Virus record (IMG/VR): IMGVR_UViG_3300032213_003587
Coordinates: 32,001 to 96,000 of that record
From: a virus
Length of the DNA stretch: 64,000 nucleotides
Strand: one strand, 5' to 3'
Positions 22,851-30,845 of this stretch are shown piece by piece (position 1 is the stretch's first letter; the number at the start of each line of letters is the position of its first letter). The notes under the pieces are model-generated. The model saw only the letters and a list, made by a program, of their open reading frames with translations. It did not search any database and was not told the origin of the DNA. Made by a program: the position numbers and the translations under genes.

Positions 22851-23418
22851 CTTCCTTGATCCGTAAAAATGGATTATACTTGCGAATAAGTCTGCTAAGA
22901 TCCGGCCATATCAAAGTATCCTTGCAATTGTCATTGACGTTGGCTGCCCAATTCATCAATTTGTTTAAAATCACCAGAGTTTCGATTTGAATGGTCTTTC
23001 TCAAATAACAGCGCACAATCAGCGGATGTTGACCTTCGATGCTGTTTAATGCATCAGCCAGGTTATTTATTCCGGCCTCGTCACATTCTGTCTGTAAAAT
23101 ATGCAGATCCTGTTCAAATCGATAACGCAGACTTTCTCGACGAGCCAACCATTGACGATAACATTCGGTGGCTTCACTATCATACACTCCACCATAGCGA
23201 TTACCATCCACAAAGTTGGCTAGAAAGAAGTCACAGATTTCGGCATCCTTGTACTGCTTGACCAGACGACGAAACTGCGGTTCCTTGCCGGTGTCGAAAA
23301 AGCTCTTGCGACTTGCTCGAATACGACCCCGCATTTTTATAACGTCGTAGTCTTCGGTTTGAAAGTGATTGCGCATTGCCAGGTACATCTTATAGGCTTC
23401 AAACTCAGTCATAATCAT
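22816..23418 (-). CDS. gp59: Helicase loader gp59
   Basis: EAYKMYLAMRNHF..DYD, FFLANFV, IETLVIL, KYNPFL; synteny 33-59-32. Confidence 0.88.
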   Translation of the reverse strand: MIMTEFEAYKMYLAMRNHFQTEDYDVIKMRGRIRASRKSFFDTGKEPQFRRLVKQYKDAEICDFFLANFVDGNRYGGVYDSEATECYRQWLARRESLRYRFEQDLHILQTECDEAGINNLADALNSIEGQHPLIVRCYLRKTIQIETLVILNKLMNWAANVNDNCKDTLIWPDLSRLIRKYNPFLRIKEDDYRTILGRFT

Positions 23419-23765
23419 AGAGGTAGTCTACCACTTTTCTTCATCATATTAGACTCTTCGGCTTCTAACCGAATCTTTTCTCGGAGGCTTTTATTGATCA
23501 GTGGAGCCACTACTTCAATATCAATGTCTTTTTCCGCACAGTAATTGATTACAATTTCCATGTGCGGTACACCGCTTTCAACATGCTGTCGTTCCACAAA
23601 CAAACTAAACTCGTTAGCTGAACTAAACTCACGACTAATGACAAATTGAGTAGTAATCTCCGGTCCATTTTCCGGTACTATGCGTTGATCTACAATCTCA
23701 CCTTTTTTATTGGTGAGCTGCAGACCAACTATTTCCCTGGCACCAATCTTTTCGTTGATTGCCAT
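23415..23765 (-). CDS. gp33: Late transcription coactivator gp33
   Basis: YCAEKDIDIEVVAPLINKSLREKIRLEA...GRLPL. Confidence 0.88.
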   Translation of the reverse strand: MAINEKIGAREIVGLQLTNKKGEIVDQRIVPENGPEITTQFVISREFSSANEFSLFVERQHVESGVPHMEIVINYCAEKDIDIEVVAPLINKSLREKIRLEAEESNMMKKSGRLPL

Positions 23766-23766
23766 A

Positions 23767-24678
23767 TTACACTTCTACGGGAGTTACACCAGCATGAGCC
23801 TGTTGATTCTGTGCCTGCAGATGCTGCTGTGTAAATGTGGCCACTGCTGCCAGATCACAGACATACTCATAGGTTCCTACATGCACGGTACGAGTCCAAG
23901 GTGCCAACCAAATTTTGCCGCCGAGTTGACGCCAGCGTTTGCAGAAGGTAAAGTCTTCGGAGGTATAGGCACGAGTTTCTGGATCAATGCTAACATCGAA
24001 GTAAGCATGAGCTTCACGATGTGGATCTGTAACACGAGTCATGGTCTTTGGATCCATGGTTTCGGAACCGCCGCTGATGATCTTGATCTCCGGCAATTCA
24101 GCTGCCATCTTGGTAAATACATCGCGGTTAACCAACATCAGGCCAGTGGCAATGCTTTCTACTTCTACTGGCTCGGCAATATTAAATGTCAGGCTGTCAC
24201 CTACGGGCTTGAAGGTTGATTCCGCAACCACGGCATTGATGGCATGACCAGGAATGTCGGGATTGCCTTTGACCACATTCTTAACTACTTCCCAGTTAAT
24301 TTTCTTCTTGGCATATTGACCGCCAATAATGTCTTTGTCGCACTGAATCATGCGCATCACATCGTCGGCATCAAAGCCCAGGTCGGCATCCAGGAACAGC
24401 AGATGTGTGGCCTGTGATTTAAGGAATCCTTCCACCAGAATATTACGAGCCTTGGTAATCAGGCTTTCATTGGCGGCAATTTCAAACATCGCTGGAATAC
24501 CGGCCTGACCAAGGCGGTTCAAGAGATTGATCAAACTGATCATGTACATGTAATTGCATTGGCCGCCGAACATCGGAGTAGCGATGAATACGCTCTTCTG
24601 CTTAGGTGGTTGGGGTTTATTAATGAACAGCGGATTAATCTGTTTGTTAGGATTACGCTGCGGCGGCTTTAGTTTCAT
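23767..24678 (-). CDS. Putative GT-A fold glycosyltransferase
   Basis: IATPMFGG, ESLITKARN, LLFLDAD (DxD), SEDFTFCKRWRQLGGKIW, HVG. Confidence 0.7.
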   Translation of the reverse strand: MKLKPPQRNPNKQINPLFINKPQPPKQKSVFIATPMFGGQCNYMYMISLINLLNRLGQAGIPAMFEIAANESLITKARNILVEGFLKSQATHLLFLDADLGFDADDVMRMIQCDKDIIGGQYAKKKINWEVVKNVVKGNPDIPGHAINAVVAESTFKPVGDSLTFNIAEPVEVESIATGLMLVNRDVFTKMAAELPEIKIISGGSETMDPKTMTRVTDPHREAHAYFDVSIDPETRAYTSEDFTFCKRWRQLGGKIWLAPWTRTVHVGTYEYVCDLAAVATFTQQHLQAQNQQAHAGVTPVEV

Positions 24679-24681
24679 GAT

Positions 24682-24876
24682 CTACCAATCTCCATTGTCG
24701 AAACAAAAATAAAATTTAAAAAATAAGCACTTCAGATTGATGGTAGGGTAGTCTTTGCGACATCCCCAACCATCTTCATAGTATATATCTAACTTCCACC
24801 AACTCCAATTTACTGGGTTTAAAATAATTGTAAACTCTAGAGTGCTGAAAGTCAATAACTTCTTCCAGGTTTTCAT
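24682..24876 (-). CDS. Hypothetical protein
   Basis: 64-aa ORF tightly packed in operon. Confidence 0.45.
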   Translation of the reverse strand: MKTWKKLLTFSTLEFTIILNPVNWSWWKLDIYYEDGWGCRKDYPTINLKCLFFKFYFCFDNGDW

Positions 24877-24878
24877 GA

Positions 24879-25415
24879 TTAGTAAAAGATGTGATTGCCA
24901 ATTCTAGCCTTGGGTTTGCGTTTCCAGCCCGGGTTTACATAGGTGGCATGAAAGAATTTTGCGCCTCGAAGTTCCGGTAGACGCACACCGTCAAGCATTA
25001 CACGTCGCGCTACTCGCAGACTTTCTGCATACAATTCCGGTGCACGAATTTTTAAATTGCCTTCACATACCCAGCTGAACTGACATACAGTGATTCCCTG
25101 GTTGTGAGACTTTTGATGTACAACACCACAGACGGTACCGGGATAGTCTCCGCTCTGCACTCGATTCATGGTAACCTGGGCCACGGCAATTTTACCGCGA
25201 TAGGGTTCGCTGCCGCTTTCAAAGTAAATATTGCGAGCCATGCAGACAATTTCTTTCTGCAATCTCTGCTCTTCCTTCTTTCTAAATTCTGCATATTTCT
25301 GCTGCATAGCAGCATCGGCAGCCTGTGCCGGTGTGATGGGATTACTGACTGTACCTAAACCAAACGATAAAAACATTACTGCAAAGAAAATTTTTGTGAT
25401 GTGCTTGTTTAGCAT
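24879..25415 (-). CDS. SleB-like cell wall hydrolase (Hydrolase_2)
   Basis: N-terminal signal/TM; CMARNIYFES.SEP..GKIAVAQVTMNRV, CQFSW, FHATYVNPGW, IGNHIFY. Confidence 0.9.
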   Translation of the reverse strand: MLNKHITKIFFAVMFLSFGLGTVSNPITPAQAADAAMQQKYAEFRKKEEQRLQKEIVCMARNIYFESGSEPYRGKIAVAQVTMNRVQSGDYPGTVCGVVHQKSHNQGITVCQFSWVCEGNLKIRAPELYAESLRVARRVMLDGVRLPELRGAKFFHATYVNPGWKRKPKARIGNHIFY

Positions 25416-25434
25416 TACTTCTCCTTTAAGTTGC

Positions 25435-25452
25435 AGGGCGGCGAACCGCCCC
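25435..25452 (-). other. Stable UUCG-loop hairpin without U-tract (possible mRNA stability/processing element)
   Basis: GGGGCGG-TTCG-CCGCCCT on the minus strand just before the sleB RBS. Confidence 0.5.
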
Positions 25453-25458
25453 TTCCCG

Positions 25459-25728
25459 TTAGGCAGATTTTTTGCTTACTTTATCTGTGGGTGTATTGGA
25501 AACGAAGCCGTTGAGCTCTTTGGCTTTATTGATGACATCGGTTTCACTGGGATATGCTGGCACTGCTGGATGGTCTGGAATAGCGCCGCCGTTTAATTTG
25601 GCAACCTCGACCCTAATGCGCCAGTCTTCTTGAAGTTGATCACGCTTGCCAAAGTATTCTTCGACCAGCATGTCTTTCGCCATTTTTAGAAGTTCAAGGC
25701 GAATCTCGAACGGAGTTAGATTACTCAT
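25459..25728 (-). CDS. Conserved hypothetical protein
   Basis: MSNLTPFEIRLELLKMAKD...YP...A.ELNGFVS resembles a small family seen in T4-like phages. Confidence 0.7.
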   Translation of the reverse strand: MSNLTPFEIRLELLKMAKDMLVEEYFGKRDQLQEDWRIRVEVAKLNGGAIPDHPAVPAYPSETDVINKAKELNGFVSNTPTDKVSKKSA

Positions 25729-25759
25729 GATGTTACCTTTCTGTGTTGTGAGTGTGTAG

Positions 25760-25788
25760 TGGAAGTTTTAGGGATCTTCCAACCCTAA
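25760..25788 (-). other. Candidate H-type RNA pseudoknot in 5' leader
   Basis: TTAGGG-T-TGGAAG-AT-CCCTAA-AA-CTTCCA: two interleaved perfect 6-bp stems. Confidence 0.55.
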
Positions 25789-25801
25789 GATTATTTATCT
25801 A

Positions 25802-25876
25802 TCAACGATTTGCGATGTACATGGTGATTTCAAAACCAAAACGCAGATCCTGTGCTGAGGGGGTGGTCCATTTCAT
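25802..25876 (-). CDS. pqqA: PQQ biosynthesis precursor peptide PqqA (24 aa; not in ORF track)
   Basis: MKWTTPSAQDLRFGFEITMYIANR with the ExxxY core and W..P...LR.GFE.TMY signature; AGGAG RBS upstream. Confidence 0.93.
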   Translation of the reverse strand: MKWTTPSAQDLRFGFEITMYIANR

Positions 25877-25945
25877 ATCAATCTCCTGGTTGTGCAGAAA
25901 AATTTCTGCTATTATATCTATGCAAATCACCGCTACAGGAAATCA

Positions 25946-26602
25946 TTAATCTGCCATAATAGTATCGCGCCATAACTTGGCTTGATTTAAATCATTATTT
26001 CTCAATGTATTTATGATGTCTTTATCAACGAGATTGGGATCAACCCACCAATCTTCAAAAGCACCATAACCTTCCACACTAACATTACTAATCACCAATT
26101 CATATCCATGATTGGTCAAATATTCTCTGCTTTGATCTCGAATGTCGTTGCCAGCCAAATAGCTATCATGTTCGAATGTAATTACTCGATAACGACGTTG
26201 GCTGGTATTAAAAATCTGCTGCAGAGCTTGAAATGTAATGTTCGGTGGATCGCAGTCCATGCTCAGATAATCGATGATCTGATCGGTGATGTCTGCTTGA
26301 TTGAGCAGATCATTGTAGTCCACATAACAGGCATCGGCCAGGACTGCGGGATTGGCTCGTTCAGCATTGAACTGATTCACTGCATGCGGTAAAATATCCA
26401 GGCTCACCCCTCGCCAGGTAAAGGCATTTTCCAGCAACCAGGTGTTGTTGGTGTATTCCGGAACATTGCAGCCAATCTCCAGATAGGAGCCGTGTTCTTT
26501 GCCATCCAGCATCTGTATGACAAACAAATCCTGACCGGCCTGACTGCCGTTGCGATCTATGTCTTCACTGCCGGGAAATTTATGCTTTAAATTCAAATTC
26601 AA
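25946..26602 (-). CDS. FkbM-like SAM methyltransferase
   Basis: SQAGQD, YLEIG, NNTWLLE..W.G, IDYLSMD, ITFEHD, FEDWWV. Confidence 0.7.
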   Translation of the reverse strand: MNLNLKHKFPGSEDIDRNGSQAGQDLFVIQMLDGKEHGSYLEIGCNVPEYTNNTWLLENAFTWRGVSLDILPHAVNQFNAERANPAVLADACYVDYNDLLNQADITDQIIDYLSMDCDPPNITFQALQQIFNTSQRRYRVITFEHDSYLAGNDIRDQSREYLTNHGYELVISNVSVEGYGAFEDWWVDPNLVDKDIINTLRNNDLNQAKLWRDTIMAD

Positions 26603-26605
26603 CTC

Positions 26606-27166
26606 CTAGGGATTGGTTGCGTGATGCGGTACATCAAATATAAATGACACTCGTGGAACATCCGCAACATTCTCACTCCAATGATGATACTTGTTATTGA
26701 ACCACATCAGGGTACCGGGTTCGATGACCACCGCTTCGACGGTGCCATCGGGATCTTCCACACTATACTTATAGCGTCCCTGCAGACTCAGATGATATCG
26801 ATCCTTGTCCAGATAATAGCTTCCATGATCAATGTGACGTCCAACCTTCATGCCTACGGGCAGACTGAAGAACGCACAGCGTCGCACTGCATGAAAATTT
26901 TCCTTTAGGAAATCCACCATGGCGCGATGATGCTTCAGCGCCGGTGTTTGATGACAAATTTCGGTATCACCGACATATTGACCTAATCGCTCAATACCAC
27001 CCATGACTAACTGTAGAATATCTACAGTGGTTTCGTATTTAGCCGGATCCTGCAGAGCCGTGCCCGGAAGCTTTTTCTGCGCACCCCAATCGTCTTTGAA
27101 TTCTTCTAACTGTGCAAGAATTTCATCAACATTGATGCCGGTTCTAATTATGCGAATATTCTTCAT
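26606..27166 (-). CDS. Asp/Asn beta-hydroxylase-like 2OG-Fe(II) oxygenase
   Basis: HID..YY..DRYH.., WFNNK..H..N...PR..IFD. Confidence 0.8.
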   Translation of the reverse strand: MKNIRIIRTGINVDEILAQLEEFKDDWGAQKKLPGTALQDPAKYETTVDILQLVMGGIERLGQYVGDTEICHQTPALKHHRAMVDFLKENFHAVRRCAFFSLPVGMKVGRHIDHGSYYLDKDRYHLSLQGRYKYSVEDPDGTVEAVVIEPGTLMWFNNKYHHWSENVADVPRVSFIFDVPHHATNP

Positions 27167-27205
27167 TGAAATACTATTATGTATTAAATCAGCAATAAAG
27201 TCAAT

Positions 27206-27469
27206 TTATTCGTCAAATACTCCGGCCACATCGTCTTCGCTGAGGAAGTAGGTTGGAATACCATCGATTGTAGTTGGATTGACCTTGTTCCAATCCACCA
27301 ACAAGGTGTCGCCTACTCGAAGCAAGGTTACGTCTGGTCCAATGGCAATGGCCTGGGCTTTGTCGATGCTGGCACCGACATTGCCTTTGATGATCAATCC
27401 AGACTCGGAAGTTTCTTTGTTTTTGAGACGCACGACTGCCACGGTTTTTTTCAATGGTTTAATGTTCAT
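27206..27469 (-). CDS. groES: GroES-like co-chaperonin
   Basis: MNIKPL..., ETSESGLII, AIGPDV..LRVGD, LSEDDV. Confidence 0.8.
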   Translation of the reverse strand: MNIKPLKKTVAVVRLKNKETSESGLIIKGNVGASIDKAQAIAIGPDVTLLRVGDTLLVDWNKVNPTTIDGIPTYFLSEDDVAGVFDE

Positions 27470-27488
27470 ATCATCCTTAGTATATAAT

Positions 27489-28202
27489 TTAATTCCAATA
27501 TTTTGAATAATCTATTTCATTCCAATACTTTGCGTTGTTGCGATTCCAAAAATTTTTAATCAGATACCGGGCCATGCCAAAGTATCCCATCTTCTGAAAT
27601 CTGCGACTATCCTGACCTAGATAGTGATTCATCAATTTGAACTTGTTGACTGCATACATCTTGGACAGGAAGAAATCTTCACTGGTACCATACTTTTCAG
27701 CAAATCCACCAAATTCTTCAAACTTCGATCTGCGGGTCAACATATATGCACCAACAGCAAATGGTACCCAGTGTTTCATTATGTTGTTGATAGCATTGAA
27801 CAACATAAATCCAACGTTGGCTCTGAAGTCGTTGTCATAGCATTTTAAATAAAGACCAATTAAATCCAAATCTCTGTCTTCTAATTCACGCACAGTATCT
27901 GCTATAACGGTGTCGGAGAAAAATCTAACATCGCTGTCAATGAATAGTATATATGGAGTTGTTACAAGTCTGGCGCCATTGTTCTTGGCAATGGAAACTG
28001 GGCCCCCGTCAATAATTTCAACATTTTGATCTTGATGAGTGTGATAACGTATAACCTGTCTAGTATTATCTGTAGAACAATCAGCAATTATAATTCTGGT
28101 GTTACCAATATCTTGTTTACGCAAAGACTCCAACAAGTGAGGAATATAGTCCGCCTCATTCTTGCAGGGAACAACAATGGTGATTTTGTCACTGAGTTTC
28201 AT
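27489..28202 (-). CDS. Glycosyltransferase family 2
   Basis: TIVVPCKNE, IIAD.STDNT, AKNNGA, LFIDSD, SEDFFLS. Confidence 0.88.
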   Translation of the reverse strand: MKLSDKITIVVPCKNEADYIPHLLESLRKQDIGNTRIIIADCSTDNTRQVIRYHTHQDQNVEIIDGGPVSIAKNNGARLVTTPYILFIDSDVRFFSDTVIADTVRELEDRDLDLIGLYLKCYDNDFRANVGFMLFNAINNIMKHWVPFAVGAYMLTRRSKFEEFGGFAEKYGTSEDFFLSKMYAVNKFKLMNHYLGQDSRRFQKMGYFGMARYLIKNFWNRNNAKYWNEIDYSKYWN

Positions 28203-28959
28203 TAATTTTATCCTTTTCCTGGGTCCAGGTTACAATCTCCCATGCTCCATCATGATGTTCCACCAATGCTGTGCAACTCTCAACCCAATCACCATCGTTC
28301 ATATAAACTATGCCATCTATCTCTTTGATCTCTGCGTGGTGGATGTGTCCGCATATCACTCCATCAAAACCACGCTTGCGGCAATAGCCAACAAGATTAC
28401 GCTCAAACTGAAACATAAAGTCCATGGCCTTCTTGACCTTATGCTTGAGATACTTAGATAGACTCCAATAACCAAAGCCCATGCGATGGCGTATCCAATT
28501 ATACTTGCTGTTAAGACTGAGTACAAAGTCATAGGCCTTATCTCCTAGAAAACTTATCCAGGGGGCTAGTCTGGTTATGCCGTCAAAGAGATCGCCATGT
28601 ACCACCAGATAATGTTTACCGTCGGCACCTATGTGCTCAATCTGATTTGTTACTTCAATTAATCCAAAACCTATGCCATAGGGCATCAGTGGTCTTAAAA
28701 ATTCATCGTGGTTGCCGGCTACATAGACTACACGAGTTCCACGTTTAGCGTGACCCATGATTCGGCGCACTACATTGGTATGACTCTGCTTCCATCGCCA
28801 TTTATTCTGCTGTATACGCCAGGCGTCGATGATATCACCCACCAGGTACAGAGTGTCACAGGTATTGTGTTTAAGAAAATTGTTTAACTGTTCAGCCTTG
28901 CAATCTCGGGTGCCAAGATGCACATCGCTGATAAAAATACTGCGATAGGTTTTTTGCAT
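28189..28959 (-). CDS. Calcineurin-like metallophosphoesterase, UDP-2,3-diacylglucosamine hydrolase (LpxH-like) family
   Basis: FISDVHLG, LVGDIID, GNHD, VHGDLFD, CGHIH, NDGDWVES. Confidence 0.85.
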   Translation of the reverse strand: MQKTYRSIFISDVHLGTRDCKAEQLNNFLKHNTCDTLYLVGDIIDAWRIQQNKWRWKQSHTNVVRRIMGHAKRGTRVVYVAGNHDEFLRPLMPYGIGFGLIEVTNQIEHIGADGKHYLVVHGDLFDGITRLAPWISFLGDKAYDFVLSLNSKYNWIRHRMGFGYWSLSKYLKHKVKKAMDFMFQFERNLVGYCRKRGFDGVICGHIHHAEIKEIDGIVYMNDGDWVESCTALVEHHDGAWEIVTWTQEKDKINETQ

Positions 28960-28974
28960 GTTATTTTTATTAGA

Positions 28975-29278
28975 ATTGCCGGCTGATTGGATAATAAGGA
29001 CAGCCGGCGAAACCTCATCTAGTGCTTAAGCAGCTAGAGCGTATAACTCGTCGTTTGCAGTTATAGGTTTTGCTTCTTTTACGGAGATCGCCTACCGTGT
29101 TGTCCATGTCAGTACTTGTTACCCTGTCGAAACCAGGTCAGCCCCATCAGAAACATACTTCGTCCTGCAGTACAGTCCTTTTCACAAGGTGTGGCACGGT
29201 CTGCAAATATGCTTCTGGTGGAGCTGGGCGGAATCGAACCGCCGTCCAGAATACTTTTCCATCTACTTCATACAACAA
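28975..29278 (-). ncRNA. ssrA: Circularly permuted (two-piece) tmRNA
   Basis: Acceptor piece ends GGACGGCGGTTCGATTCCGCCCAGCTCCACCA (29247-29216), then a ~70-nt spacer, then GGGGCTGACCTGGTTTCGACAGGG (from 29145) and tag ANDELYALAA* (29058-29026); G3:U70 pair present; outer ends approximate. Confidence 0.92.
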
Positions 29279-29283
29279 TATCT

Positions 29284-29679
29284 TTATTTAGTGGAGTTGG
29301 CTAGCTGCCGATAACCTCGACCCGTAGGATGCACCCCATCCTTGCTAAGTTCCGGTATGGGCAATACGGTATCGCCATAGACTTCGGCAATTTTGCGAAT
29401 CATTTCTTGCCGATCCGGTTTAATAGCCGGAAGAATCCAGAACACTCGCTCAGCCTTAACCTGTTCACGCAGAGCCTTTAAATTGCCCATGGTGTTGATG
29501 CTGCGCCAATCGTTGCTGCCCAGACTGATGATCACAGCACGCGCCTGCAGAGATCCACTTAAATAGATGCGATTCCAGTCCGCAGTATTGATGCCACCGT
29601 TGGCCAAGGCCACACATTCAGGTCGGTGATGATGCGTACCAACCGCAATGCTGTCGCCGAGTATCATGCAGTCAATCAT
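29284..29679 (-). CDS. SGNH/GDSL hydrolase
   Basis: ILGDSIA, SLGSND, DGVHP blocks. Confidence 0.85.
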   Translation of the reverse strand: MIDCMILGDSIAVGTHHHRPECVALANGGINTADWNRIYLSGSLQARAVIISLGSNDWRSINTMGNLKALREQVKAERVFWILPAIKPDRQEMIRKIAEVYGDTVLPIPELSKDGVHPTGRGYRQLANSTK

Positions 29680-29810
29680 AGAACCTCGTAGTCTTCTTTA
29701 TAGGCACCGCACTCTGGACAGGTAAAATGGTCTGGCAATGTATTCCAGGCACCTTCCAATTCTTCGTCGTGTTCATGACCACAGACTACGCATACATGTA
29801 CTTCGCTCAT
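29676..29810 (-). CDS. Rubredoxin (44 aa; not in ORF track)
   Basis: MSEVHVCVVCGHEHDEELEGAWNTLPDHFTCPECGAYKEDYEVL: CxxCG...LP..F.CPxCG..K. Confidence 0.9.
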   Translation of the reverse strand: MSEVHVCVVCGHEHDEELEGAWNTLPDHFTCPECGAYKEDYEVL

Positions 29811-30256
29811 AGTGTCTCCTTGATTTGTTGATATGCTTCGGCATGACGTTTCTCAATCTTGGCCAGTGCCGCAAATCTACGTTCTGCTTTTTTCAATACA
29901 TCGGCAAATGCTTCAGCGTGTTCACGACTTTCATCGATCTGATGGGCGGCTTCTTTGGCTGCTTCAACATTGCCTTCGGCTTCTGCAATGACCTTGAACT
30001 GCGGATACATCTGCGTGTATTCGTAGGTCTCACCTTCGATGGCCTTCTCCAAACATTCTTTGGTATTAGGACGGCCAATCAGCAGTTCTAGATGACCCCA
30101 GGCATGCACAATCTCCTGATCCGCGGTATGCTCGAAATGACGAGCAATTTCTTCATGACCTTCTTCGCGCGCAATTTTGGCAAAGTAGCGGTACTTAATA
30201 TGTGCCATGCTTTCGCCAGCCAGGGCACTTTCAAGATTTTTTAATGTAACACTCAT
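29807..30256 (-). CDS. Rubrerythrin family protein
   Basis: TLKNLESALAGESMA..KY, E..HA, GETYEY..MYP, E..HA diiron motifs. Confidence 0.9.
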   Translation of the reverse strand: MSVTLKNLESALAGESMAHIKYRYFAKIAREEGHEEIARHFEHTADQEIVHAWGHLELLIGRPNTKECLEKAIEGETYEYTQMYPQFKVIAEAEGNVEAAKEAAHQIDESREHAEAFADVLKKAERRFAALAKIEKRHAEAYQQIKETL

Positions 30257-30264
30257 TGTTTCTC

Positions 30265-30810
30265 CTAACTGTAGTGTAGGTAACCACCTACGATATATTT
30301 TGGTCCCGACCGCGGCATCAATCCTGCGTGCAGATATTGAAAGCCGGTGGGGAACATGATCAGTCTGGATCGACGAGGCTGCACTCTAATGGGCCGGTCC
30401 AGGCCATAGATTTCAGTTTCACCGCCATCTTCGACGTCGTTTAAATACCAGAAATAGACTAGAAAGCGTTTCATGCTCGCTCCATTCCAGGTATCACAAT
30501 GAGGGCGAAATTCATCGATGTGCGGCAGATACCGCTTCATGCGAATTTCTTCCCAGCTGTGATCGGGTTGCACGTTGCGATCATCTAGACCGCATTCCGA
30601 CCAATAACGTGCCTTGTACTGCTGTATGGTTCCAAGCAAGGGCCGGTAATCCCAGGCGGCCTGCATTAGATTGATTTCTGTGAACTTCTTGATACCATCA
30701 TCCTGATAATGTTTCCGATCATAGGCTTCAAAGTCCTTGATTAATCGGTCGCAATATTGTGGCGGTAATGTATTGTCATATACTTTTACGTAATCACTTA
30801 AATTCATCAT
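30265..30810 (-). CDS. 2OG-Fe(II) oxygenase (prolyl-hydroxylase-like)
   Basis: HCD, YLNDVEDGGET, FP...Y.H.G......KY. Confidence 0.88.
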   Translation of the reverse strand: MMNLSDYVKVYDNTLPPQYCDRLIKDFEAYDRKHYQDDGIKKFTEINLMQAAWDYRPLLGTIQQYKARYWSECGLDDRNVQPDHSWEEIRMKRYLPHIDEFRPHCDTWNGASMKRFLVYFWYLNDVEDGGETEIYGLDRPIRVQPRRSRLIMFPTGFQYLHAGLMPRSGPKYIVGGYLHYS

Positions 30811-30845
30811 CGATCCTTATTATCAGTCTACACCGCTATTATAGG

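Noticed and set aside
25752-25949. 65-aa plus-strand ORF
   Set aside because: Antisense to pqqA, which has an RBS and a family signature
29216-29250. Stand-alone tRNA
   Set aside because: Only a T-arm and acceptor 3' strand; explained by the permuted tmRNA
29070-29304. Plus-strand ORFs over the tmRNA
   Set aside because: Antisense to a structural RNA, no motifs
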